Source of the DNA: Cyanophora paradoxa CCMP329
Lineage: Eukaryota > Plantae > Glaucophyta
Direction of reading: 5' to 3'
Length of the DNA stretch: 64,000 nucleotides
NCBI GenBank assembly: GCA_004431415.1
Contig: QPMI01000184.1
Location: forward strand, 62,001-126,000
The notes beneath the pieces are model-generated. The model did no database searches. It was not told the DNA's origin and saw only the letters and a program-made list of their open reading frames with translations. Below, piece by piece: positions 1 to 10,576 of this stretch; within the stretch, counting starts at the first letter, position 1; each line of letters opens with the position of its first letter. The translations under genes and the position numbers were made by a program.

Positions 1-3000
1 CGATCTGTCGCTCGCGACGCCGGCGCCTCAGAACCAAACCTCTTCCGGCTCAGCAGCGCTAGCTCCGGATCCATCGCCGGCTCTGCCCGCGCCAGCGGCG
101 GGCGCGGCGTCGGCCTTCGCTTCCCGCACCGTTCGAGTCTTCCTCTCATCCACCTTCCGTGCGCCCGCTGCCGCTCCACCAGGCCGAGCCGCGCGCCCGC
201 CCTCGATCGCCGACGGGCCGCCGCAGAGGACATGGGGCCGGAGCGTGCGGCGATCTTCGCGTCGGCTGTCCCGCGCCTCCGGCGCGCCCTTGACCCTCGG
301 GGCCTCTTCTTCGTTCCCGTCGGTCCGCCCGCCCGCGCGGCCGCGCCGCCTGCCGCTCACCGCCCTTCGCAGATCTGCGGTGCGCCCGATCCGCATGGGA
401 CGCGGCGCGCGAGTCGCGTTCTCACGAGAGGCGGCAGGTGGGGTATCACGAAAGAGGCAGCGGAGAGCGGCGAGGCGCGCAGCTCGGCCCGCGTTCGCCC
501 GCGCCTCTCGACTGATGGGCCGGCAGGTGCTGCGGCTGTGCCTCGAGGAGGTCGAGCGCTCGACTTACTTCGTCGCGTGCGTGTCCCGTACTTCCCTTCG
601 CCTACGATCCCCTTAGCCCCGGCGCAGCTTTCTCAAGCGGCGCTACGGGTGCGGGGTACCGGGGGGCGGGGGGGGGGCTACATGGGGCGGGGGGGTAGGG
701 GGATACCAGGGGGGTGGGGCGCGGGGTAGCGGGGGCGGGGCGTTGTACCCCCTCCCCCTCGACGCCATCCATCACATGCTCGTCCTCGTATACCTGACTC
801 TTTCTTTTGTCATTTCTCCCATGCCTTCATGCTTATTTTCTGTACCCCCCCCCCCTTTCCACTCCTTCCCCGCTTCTTCTCTTTCTGCTTTTTAAAACTT
901 TGCGCGCAGTTGGCACCAGCCAGCGGACGGGCCTCGCGACCCGCTCCTCGCAGCGTGCGCTCCCACTCCGACAGACTCCGCTGGCAGCCACTGACCAGCC
1001 GCCGCGGCAGGTCTTTTGAGCGGGCGGCGGAGCGCTTCCCCTTCGTGTGGGGGTACGCCGACCGCAGCGCGACGGAGCTCGAGATCCTCCTCGGGGCCCT
1101 GTTCGACCCTCAGGCGCGCCACTTGCCTGCAGCACTCCGAACCGCCGCTGACGAACGTCTCGCCGCAGGGCGCGCCGCGCGTACGGGCGGCCACCAGCCG
1201 CTTCTACTTCGCAAGCGGCGGCGAAGCCGACAGTCGCGAATCGGAGGCGGCGCAGCGGCTGCTGGAAAGCCTCAAGGGCGCCGTCCGCGGGTCGGGGCTG
1301 CCGGTGCGGGCGCCGGACTACGGCAGCGCAGAGGAGCTCGCCGCCGCGATCCACGACGACGTGCTCAAGGCGCGCCGGCCCCGGCCGCTGCTTGCCTCGT
1401 CTGACGACGGCCGGCAGATGGTGGAGCGGGACTTTCCGAGGGGCGGCGAGCGGAGTTGGTTGGAGGAAGAAAGGCTGGCGCACGCGGCGTTCGGCGATGC
1501 GCGGCGGCGCGTGTACGTCCCGCATGCGGGCGCGGCGGAGGCGCTCGATGCATACGCGGCAGGGGATGGGCCGGAGCTTATGCTCGTCGTGGGCACCAGC
1601 GGCTGCGGCAAGAGCGGTGCGCTTCTGGCGCGGCGCTCCGTAAAAGAACGCTGGTTAATTCGAACCGACCTGCAGCGATGCTGGCGAACTGGGCGCACTC
1701 GTGGCAGGAGCGGCAGCCTGGCGACGTCACGCTGGTCCACTTCGTGGGCGGCTCGCAGCAGAGCTCCCGCCTCGCCAATCTGATGCGGTGCGCCCTGCGT
1801 TTCTGTCTGTTTCGAGCTCTGCTGACGCCGTAGGGTTTGGGTGGTGCAGGCGCGTGTACGAGTCGGTGCGGGCGGAGTGCCCCGAGGCGCCAGAGATGGA
1901 CAAGCCGATGCGGGAGGGCGGCCTTGAGGAGATGCTTGCGTTCCGCGGCTGGCTCGAGGCGGCGGCGCGGGCGCTGCAGCGGCGGCTCGTCCTCGCGATC
2001 GACGCGCTCGACCAGCTGCTCGACGACGCGGGCGCGCAGCGGCTGCACTGGCTACCGCCGTCCGCCGGCGCCAAGCTGCGCATCGTCCTCTCCTGCGTAC
2101 CGGGCCACGGTGCGAGCCGGACCGAAATTTAAACGCCTTTACCTGGAGGCAGTAGTTGACTTCCAGCAGGCGTCGCCTACGAGTCAGCGAGGCAGCGGGC
2201 GCACGTTCTGCACGAGGTGGCGGCGATGGCGCGCGAGCAGCGGCTGTCGGTCGCGCAGGCTGAGCTGGCGGCGTCGGGCAAGGCGCTCGCGCCAGCGACG
2301 CTGGAGCGGCTGTGCGGCGCGCCGCAAAGCGGCAACCCGCTGTTCTTACTTACGGTGCGCTTGCAATGTGACTTTGGGTGTTTGAAGAGCGAGCCAGGTG
2401 CGAGCACGGCCGCGGCAGGTCCTCGGCGAGCTGAGAGATGCGGCGGTGCATGCGAATCTGGAGGGGCGGCTGGACGCGTGCCTCGCCTGCCCGGACCCCG
2501 TCGCCCTCTTTGGCCTCGTCGTGCGCGCAGACCCGAGTAGGATTGCAGCTTCGCCACTGCTCAGTGACCGCCCGCAGATGCAGCGCTGGGGCGAGCAGTA
2601 CGGCGAGCACCTCGTGCGGGAGGCGCTCGCCGCGGTGTGGTGCTCGCGGCACGGGATGGCGGACGGCGAGCTGCAGCAGCTGCTCCGCATCGGTGCGGAG
2701 GGCTCCAGCTGCACGCCGCTCCGCTGGTGCGAATTCACGTCGGCGGCGATGGCCGTCCTCATCAGCCGCGGTCCGCTCGCCATTCGTCTGTCCCGCTCAC
2801 TCGTCTCGCGCCTCACACGACCGCCAGACGGCCTCCTGGGGTTCTTCCACCGCTCAGCAGCGGAGGCAGCGGAGGCGACGTTCGGACTGGCGGACGCCGC
2901 CGAGCGACGGCAGATGCATGCGCGGCTCGGGTCGTTTTTCGCGGCTCAGCCGCCGTCACAGCGAAGGGCGGAGGAGGGCCCGTGGGCTCTGGCGCGCGCG

Positions 3001-6000
3001 GAGGAGCGGGATCAGCTGGTCGAGCTGCTGTCCGACCTCGACATACTCGCCAGACTCGGCACAGACGGCGCGCGGCACGAGCTGGTGCAACTGTGGGTGC
3101 AGAGCGCGCGGCAGAAGGAGGCGGCGGGGCGATACACGGCCGCAATCGACAGCCTCAAGGAAGGCGACATATCCGGTCACCTGCTCAACGCGTCAGAATT
3201 GCTGCGGGCTCTCGGAGAATACCAAGACGCAGAGCCGATTTGCAGGGTACGTAGTCTGCGAGATGCCGCTCTGTATGTTCTAATGATGGATGTGCAGCGG
3301 GTTCTTGAGATGACAGAGGCGGCGGGCGGCGATAGTACGCAGACCGCGACGGCTCTGCACAACCTCGCTTTCCTTCTACAGCTGAGAGGCAAGTACGGCG
3401 AGGCCGAGCCCCTCTATATGGTGCGTTCGTACCGTCCGGGTGACTCAGTGACGGGCAGGAGCTGATGTGTCTTGCAGAGGTCCCTCGAGATCAAGGAGGC
3501 GACGCTCGGCGAAAGTCACCCGGAGGTCGCGAAGACGCTGAACGAGCTCGCGCTGATGCTGGGGGCGCGCATCCAGTTCGACAAGGCGGAGCCGCTCTAC
3601 AAGGTGCGCACACACGCTTCGAGGTCCAGCTACGTGGAGATGACGGCGAGTCGCGCGCGCAGCGGGCCCTGGCGATTCGGGAGGCGGCGCTCGGCGAGAG
3701 TCACCCGCTGACGGCAACCGTGCTGAACAATCTCGCGTTGCTGCTGTTTTATAGGCGCAAGTTCGACGAGGCAGAACCCCTCTACAGGGTGTGTGAGCGC
3801 TGCGCGGGAGTTGACGTCGTCAGCTGCAGGCAGCTGACGGCGACTGCATCGGGATCGCAGCGTGCCCTGGCGATCCGGGAGGCGGCCCTCGGCGAACTGC
3901 ACACGGACACAGCGACGTCGGTCAACAATCTTGGCGTCCTTTTGGTGGAGAAGAAGAAGCTAGACGAGGCAGAGCCGCTCTACAGGGTGCGCATGCCCGC
4001 GCAGCACTCAAGGGCCGGGCCGCTGATCTCGGATGCGGCTGGGCCGCGCAGAGAGTTCTGGCGATCAAGGAGACGACCGTCGGCCCCAACCATCCCGACA
4101 CTGCAATGTCTCTCCACTGTTACGGCAGGGGTGATTCCTAGCCAAATCCGGCGCCGAGCTAGTGTGAGGTGATCCGGCTACGTAGCCTATTGGATAGGAT
4201 TCTCGCCATCGTGACATGGGGGCTGCGAACGGACCATGGTTCGACTCCCGGCAGAGCCCGGGTAGTGCGAACGGACATGGCTTCGAACCCACGTGGGAGA
4301 ATTCCGGACTTAGTCCGAAGCACGATTCGGCGAGGACGCCTCATATGTGCTGGCCCGGATGTTACGGCAGGGGTGATTCCTAGCCAAATCCGGCGCCGAG
4401 CTAGTGTGAGGTGATCCGGCTACGTAGCCTATTGGATAGGATTCTCGCCATCGTGACAAGATGTTGAGCTAGAAATCCCCCCTCCTGGTGCCCTAGGGGT
4501 GGCACGGGATTCTAGACAACAGGTTTATAGAGTGACTCTGACCTGCAGTGAGTGCAAGACCGGCCCCAGCGTGATGCAGGTTCAGCAGTATGACAGTACT
4601 CGTAGATTTGATCCGACAGAGTTTCACTACTCTAGTCTCTCTACTAGGCCGATCTCCGGGAATGGCAAAATCCCTCTAAACACACACGCGCCGGGCTCTT
4701 AAAGCCCTCACGCTGTCCGTCCGAAGCTCTCATGATCAGATCATATGATCCGGTCAGACGGCTCAGACATATGAAAAGCAAGCCGCTGGATTCGAACCCG
4801 AGTCTCCAAGTACGCCGAAGCGAACTGCCGGAATTGAACCCGGATCTCTACGAACGGCAAATTCTCTAAGGCTGCAGCCGCCTAAGATTTCGCCCGCGAC
4901 CGTCGGACATTCGTCGCAGCAGAGAAAAGCCGTCCTCGGCGCCTGCTACCCCGCCCGCGACGTTCGTCGCAGCAAAATGCGAGGCCTAGCATATGTAAAC
5001 GTAAATCAGGTCCTGAAACCTCAGTACCACGAAGAGGTCAGGCCAGAAAATATATATGGATACGTATACGAAATCCGACACTGAAGGCTGCAAAAGCAAA
5101 GCCCTCTGAGAACCTCGGAAATGCTTGCGTGCGAAATTCAGAAGACGAGTATAATGAAAAGTGGCCGAGGCGTTCTAACGCCCTGACGACCCTAGCAGCA
5201 CGAAGGCTGCACTAAATCTAGCAGCTCGAAGGCTGCACTACCTAAATCAGAGAAAATCAGAAACTGGCAGAATATAACTGAAGCTTCACATCTAGAGCTC
5301 AGAAAATATTTCCGAAGCTCATGTTCAAGCTAAACTCAACGATATAAAATCGCGATCACGATCAATATTCTAAAATAAGAATATTGAGATATCGATCGGA
5401 AATCGAACAGCTCAAGCTGCGTACTACGGTACTGCTGCTTGGCTGCGAGCTCGAGCTCGAGTCGCTGCAGATGCTGCCTTACTCGCCGCGCGCTGCGGTT
5501 GATATGTACATGTACATGTACACGATTTGTACAAATGCTTCGAGCTCCAGCTGCGGCTGCCATGAATAACGCCGACAGCTGCATACATACGCGTTGCAAA
5601 TGCGAGAAACGCAAGTATGTATAATGAGAGGTCGCTGCAAGGTGCGGCTATGCTTCAATCAGCATTGCCAGCACGACTCTCTCGACGAGGGGCAGTCTTG
5701 ATTTGGGAATGACAGCGCCCTCGTGGACTTGCCGTGGACGTTGGCCTTGCAGACGCCGCTGCTCCTTCAACGTCGGCGAAGTCTGGCCCCTCCGGCCTGC
5801 GTCTGAATCTGTAGACGGCGAGAAAACGAGGGAGCCCTGTACATCCAAACGCGGGCGCCGCCGCGATGAGTACTTCCAAAATTTCCGCTCGTGATCTCTG
5901 AACCGCCTCACAAGATCCTCCGCCGTTCGACCCGAGAATTAAATTGCGGCCGGACGCACAGCTAAGGTGACGGTTGCTGTGTGCCCGCCGGCGGTAGGTG

Positions 6001-9000
6001 CGATTGCACGTCGAGTCCGAAGACCCAGAAGGTCCGCCGGGGATGCTCTATCCTCCGCCGGGTCAGGAGCACGACCAGCACCGGTGCCGACTGCAGCCAA
6101 CGCTGAGCGACTTCCACATGCCTCAGTCGTCCCCTCCTTGAGTCCTTGCTCAAGTCGAAGTCCGTGCATCAAGTAACGAGTCACATTCCGAACCCGCTCT
6201 ACAACGCCACGTACTTTCTTGAACTTGTCTCCCTGCGGCGACGACGACGTTGAGCTGACGTCCGTCTTGTGCAGGGCCGATTCCGATCTCGTCGGTTGGG
6301 TGTCGACCGGCCTTCTGCTGTCCACAGCGCCCTCCTGACACGAGCAGGTCCGCGCCTCGAGCTTGGCCTCGGGCATCTCACCCTCAACGGCCGTCCTCCC
6401 GTCCGCAGCTGTCTTCAGCGCCCTCCTGGGTTCTTCCCATCTCGGGCAGGTCCGCGCCTCGGCCGTGGACGCCGGTTCATCGGATCGGAGCGACGCCTCT
6501 TCCAACCCCGGAAGTAGGCCTCCTTCCTCGCAAGTGCCACCCAGCACCGCGAAGCTGCCACCGCTCCGCCCACAACTTGAGAAGTGCAGCTGAAGATTAC
6601 AAGTATACGCCACCACGTCGCAGGGACCACACCCCTCTTCGCGACGATATAAATCCTCATTCCTCCTCCGCCGGGCCGCTGGTCTTTTAATTCGCTTCAC
6701 AGGCGGAGACCGAACCGCCATGGCGTATACTTTTACTTCGCGCCCGCCAGACTGCCGGAGCTCCGATATCGATATTTCTCGAGCTCCTGCTGACAGGCTG
6801 AATATTGCACTTGCAACTGATCCAACTCCCGCTGAAGTCGCTTGCTGCAAACGGCAGTGTTGTGCGAGCCGCTCTTGCATTCATCGCACCAACGAGGTTG
6901 TCCGCCGCCCTGACTTGAAATTAACTTCAGCTTCTTGCTGTCGGGCTCGTCGACTTCGTCCTCCTCGAGGCGATGACGATCAGGGAAGGCGGAAAGTTGA
7001 GCAACAGGAGCTCTTGCCGCTGCAGTAGAAAATTGATTGTCGGTCCTTGCTTGCTGCAGTCGAATCTCGAGTGCGTTGCGCGACCGAACTCGACTGAAGA
7101 ATTCGCGACTCCACTCCGAGGCTCCGACAGATTATTTTTTGAGCCCTCCGGAATTTTACTCGTGAGCTTGATCATCGCCGGTGAAGTGATTGAATCCGAC
7201 GACATTATTTCCGCGATCAACATCTCGTCGGAGAACGAATCTTGAAGCTGGAGTAGACGACGAAGAAGAACGACATTATTTATAAAAGCTTGCGCATCCA
7301 GTTCAGATGGATTTTCCAGCGCAGAGAAGCGACGTCCCGCCGTCTTGATAGTGTTCTTCAGAAGCTCGAATTTGTTGTCAGGCACCAAGCCGAGCAGGTG
7401 CTCACGAATTTGTGCCCACGACGTCATGTCCAAGTCGCCGTTGCCCGACTTCGTATTCATGACACCCAGCACAGCCGTCGAGAAGGATCCATGCACCGGG
7501 TCACTTGTCGAGCGCTGCAGCGAAGACAGTGCAAGCTCTGCCAACGTCTTGTCGGGTTCTGTGTATGTCGGAGGCCGGATACAAATTGTTAAACGTTCCA
7601 GCGACTCGACCCACGACAGTACACCCGTACGCGTATTAGTCAAAGGAGGAATTTTCTCCTTGAATTCTCGCAGTTCGTGGTGACGTGCTTGCATGTCCAG
7701 GTTGCCAGTTAACGCGTCCAGTGCGTTCTTCAACGCGTTCTCGACTGTAGCAGCGGCTACCGCTGCCGGGGCCACAGCATGGGCAGGCGCCGGAGCTGGT
7801 ACCGGTGGTGCAACTGGAGCCGGGGGCGGAGCTGGCGCAGGCACAGGATCAGGCACTTGCGCTCCATGGCCAGCCGCCCCGTGACCGCCGCGTCGGCCGC
7901 CGCCCCTGCCCCGTGTACTTGAAGCCATGGAGAACTTGAGCTAGACACGTCCGCCCGCCGGTCGATTCAAGTGAGGCCCGCGCGCCCCTTGAGTTCGAAT
8001 TCAGACGTCGACTCGTGTGCACGACCAGTCGCAGATCTAGAGAGCGAGCCTCCGAGGCTTGAGAGTTGCGAGTTCACTTGCAACAGCACTAGCTCCACTA
8101 GTACAGAAGCTTAAGTTCGCTCGGCCTCGCAGTGAAGCGCCAGCTGCGCTTGCCGAGAGTCGCCCACGGTCGACGGTCAACCGTCTCCCCGCGGCCGCGG
8201 CCGCGCCGCGCGCAGCCTCCCCGCCGGTGCGCCGCCGCGCGCGCGCAGCGACACGCCCAGCGCGCCGCGACCCCCGATCGCGCGCCCGCCGATGCGCCGC
8301 CCGCGGCCGGCGCCGGCGCGCACGCGCTCGCAGGCTCGAGCTCCCGGCCGCAGGTCCGCCGGCGCGCAGCCGGGATCCGGATGCCGGCGCGCGCCCTGGT
8401 TCCGGATCCGGCGCTCCGGCCCGCGGTGCTCCGCGCGTGGATCCGGATCTCGCGCGAGGTGCAGCGCCGCGCCGCGCCGACGAGCCGCCGATCTACAGCG
8501 CCAGCCCGGTCTGCAGTGCAGACGCTGCGACGAGCGAGCGACGATCAGCCCTGCGACGCGCGCGAGGCGCCTAGATCTAGAGCCTCTAGAGCCTCGGCTA
8601 GCCGCGACGTCGACGTATTCGCTAGTGGCGCCCGGTGCGCGCGCGCATGCGCTGCGCTAGCAACGCCGGATCCAGGGCCCAGCGCTAGCCCCGGTCGCGA
8701 CCCCCGGACGGATCGCAAAGGAATGTATACGCATCTTTAAGAGCCTCGCGATGGCGCTGGCGGCAGCGTCCGCTCATGATCACCCGCGATAGGTTGCGCC
8801 GAGCGGGAAGGGGTTGAACGAATGCGCGAAACGGTTCTGGTCAGCGCACAGCGAGTTCTGAAGGCACAGCGACTATGCGCATCAAATGAACGCGAGGCGA
8901 AGCTCGCTCGGCTAGCTCGTAGAGCCAGCGTTCGCGTTTGAGCAGCCCCCAAGATGTTGAGCTAGAAATCCCCCCTCCTGGTGCCCTAGGGGTGGCACGG

Positions 9001-9660
9001 GATTCTAGACAACAGGTTTATAGAGTGACTCTGACCTGCAGTGAGTGCAAGACCGGCCCCAGCGTGATGCAGGTTCAGCAGTATGACAGTACTCGTAGAT
9101 TTGATCCGACAGAGTTTCACTACTCTAGTCTCTCTACTAGGCCGATCTCCGGGAATGGCAAAATCCCTCTAAACACACACGCGCCGGGCTCTTAAAGCCC
9201 TCACGCTGTCCGTCCGAAGCTCTCATGATCAGATCATATGATCCGGTCAGACGGCTCAGACATATGAAAAGCAAGCCGCTGGATTCGAACCCGAGTCTCC
9301 AAGTACGCCGAAGCGAACTGCCGGAATTGAACCCGGATCTCTACGAACGGCAAATTCTCTAAGGCTGCAGCCGCCTAAGATTTCGCCCGCGACACCACAA
9401 CCTCGCGTTCCTTATGATGAAGTGGCAGAAGTACGATCAGGCCGAGCCCCTCTACACGGTGCGCAAGCTCGAGCCAGCCTTCTCATGATCAGTCGTGCAT
9501 CTTCACGCCTCGTTGAACGGCCGCGCAGCGAGCGATTGACATAGCCACGTCGGCGCTCGGAGAAAACCACCCGGACACTCGCAACTTCAAGAACAGTCTG
9601 GCCTATATGCGCGATCGGATGCGCGAATCCGAGTCCAGCGGCGTCCAGGAGTCCGCGTGA
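1..9660 (+). CDS. Multi-exon DUF4062-NACHT(P-loop)-TPR protein (NPHP3/TEP1-like); 5' end upstream of the window; interrupted by the retroelement insertion at 4118-9394
   Basis: Spliced translation gives RVFLSSTFQDM...VDLRWGIT...VLRLCLEEVERS...FLKRRYG...RSATELEI (DUF4062), Walker A VVGTSGCGKS (~1587-1617), Walker B-like LVLAIDALDQL, and kinesin-light-chain-type TPRs (HP.TA..LNNLA.L....K.DEAEPLY). Stop TGA at 9658-9660. Confidence 0.85.
4118..4458 (+). mobile_element. TRIM (terminal-repeat retrotransposon in miniature), 341 bp
   Basis: Two identical 99-bp LTRs (4118-4216, 4360-4458) with TGTTACG...CGTGACA ends; PBS TGGGGGCTGC directly after the 5' LTR (4217-4226); 143-bp non-coding interior. 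Confidence 0.9.
4462..9394 (-). mobile_element. Non-autonomous LTR retrotransposon (probably Ty3/gypsy-derived): gag-like ORF, no intact pol
   Basis: ~440-bp LTRs at 8955-9394 (5', TGTCGCG...TCAACA on the minus strand) and 4462-4900/4909 (3'), identical by eye over 439 bp; minus-strand PBS TGGGGGCTGC at 8951-8942 after a TCT spacer. Confidence 0.88.
6927..7928 (-). CDS. Gag-like protein of the LTR element (intronless, 333 aa)
   Basis: Intronless ORF downstream of the PBS in the element's sense orientation; basic/Pro-rich N-terminus, then helical capsid-like motifs SWVESLE and SWAQIREHLL. Confidence 0.6.
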   Translation of the reverse strand: MASSTRGRGGGRRGGHGAAGHGAQVPDPVPAPAPPPAPVAPPVPAPAPAHAVAPAAVAAATVENALKNALDALTGNLDMQARHHELREFKEKIPPLTNTRTGVLSWVESLERLTICIRPPTYTEPDKTLAELALSSLQRSTSDPVHGSFSTAVLGVMNTKSGNGDLDMTSWAQIREHLLGLVPDNKFELLKNTIKTAGRRFSALENPSELDAQAFINNVVLLRRLLQLQDSFSDEMLIAEIMSSDSITSPAMIKLTSKIPEGSKNNLSEPRSGVANSSVEFGRATHSRFDCSKQGPTINFLLQRQELLLLNFPPSLIVIASRRTKSTSPTARS

Positions 9661-9959
9661 ATTTGATAGACGGCCTCACTAGGCTCTAGGTTTGCCTCGT
9701 CCCACAACCTCCCAATTACCCCCTTCCATGTCTCGCCCGCAAAGCTTGATTAGCTAGTTAGCTTCCCGCAATCTTACTAATTATAAGTTACCCCTTCCAC
9801 ACTCTAGAAGATTTGCAATAGAAATGCATGCCTCGATCAGCTACCGCTACCGTAGCTACCGTAGTACAGCGACCGTCGGACAGCTGTGAGCACCTGCATG
9901 CAAAAAGGTCGATTGATTTTTGTAAAAGGTACCGGTCTTAACAAGTACGCCGGGCGTGA

Positions 9960-10250
9960 GACGCGAGGGAAGGGAGGGAGGGAGCGAGCTAGGGATCCGG
10001 AGGGAGGGAGGGAGGGAGGGAGGGATCCCCCGGAGGGAGGGAAGGAGGCGGGAAGACGCCAGCGGCCGCCCTCTTGCTGCCCCGGCCCGCTCTCGCTTCG
10101 ATCGAGCGGAGAGAGGAGAGGAGAGGAGAGGAGATGAGAGGAAACCACTTTGACGGCTCGCTCAGAAATGGAGAGGAGAGGAGAGGAGAGGAATGGATCC
10201 CCGGAGTGGAGAGGAGAGGGGACGATCGATCGCGAGGAGAGGGAAAGAGG
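9960..10250. repeat. Polypurine simple repeats (GGGA)n and (GAGAG)n
   Basis: Runs such as ggagggagggagggaggg and gagaggagaggagaggagagg. Confidence 0.8.
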
Positions 10251-10576
10251 CTCTTAGTAGTGCAAGGCTCTAGCTCTACATAGTAGTAGTAATGCATCAC
10301 TGTGCATGGCACTGCGCATGCATGCGCGGCGCCAGCGCCGGCGCCGTTCGAAGTCAATGATTAAAATTTCGATTCGCGGGCGCGTGGGCGCCCCCGCCTC
10401 GCGCGGCCCCCCGCGCGCTCGAGGGCTCACAGTGACACTGACTCATTGATCAAAGAGCATCAGCGAACATTTCCGAGCGTCAGAGGGGTGTGCGGAGGGT
10501 GATGACGACTCATTGACGAGGGCTGGCTAGCGCTCACGGCAGGCCCAAGCGCGCAGGGCGGCGGGCGTGGGGCCTC

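Larger units (their letters stand above)
4118..9394. mobile_element. Composite LTR-retroelement insertion (TRIM plus gag-only LTR element, tail-to-tail) with a 4-bp TSD CCAC
   Basis: Begins TGTTACG and ends CGCGACA; CCAC at 4114-4117 and 9395-9398. Removing 4118-9398 restores a 126-nt TPR exon (4052-4117 + 9399-9458) reading ...TAMSLH|NLAFLMM...EPLYT. Confidence 0.95.

Noticed and set aside
4499-4702. Duplicated small ORF (also 8938-9195) containing CSEC
   Set aside because: Lies wholly inside the LTR copies, antisense to the element; the duplication is explained by the LTRs.
4230-4850. Intact tRNA genes suggested by GGTTCGA motifs
   Set aside because: Only T-arm-like pieces; I could not fold a D-arm, anticodon arm and acceptor stem.
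4118-9394. DIRS/Ngaro-type split-direct-repeat element
   Set aside because: Repeat order is A-A-B-B rather than A-B-A-B; TG..CA ends, PBS sites and a 4-bp TSD indicate integrase-mediated insertion; no tyrosine recombinase ORF seen.
9960-10250. Purine repeats as telomeric or satellite DNA
   Set aside because: Irregular microsatellite-like units with no telomere motif.
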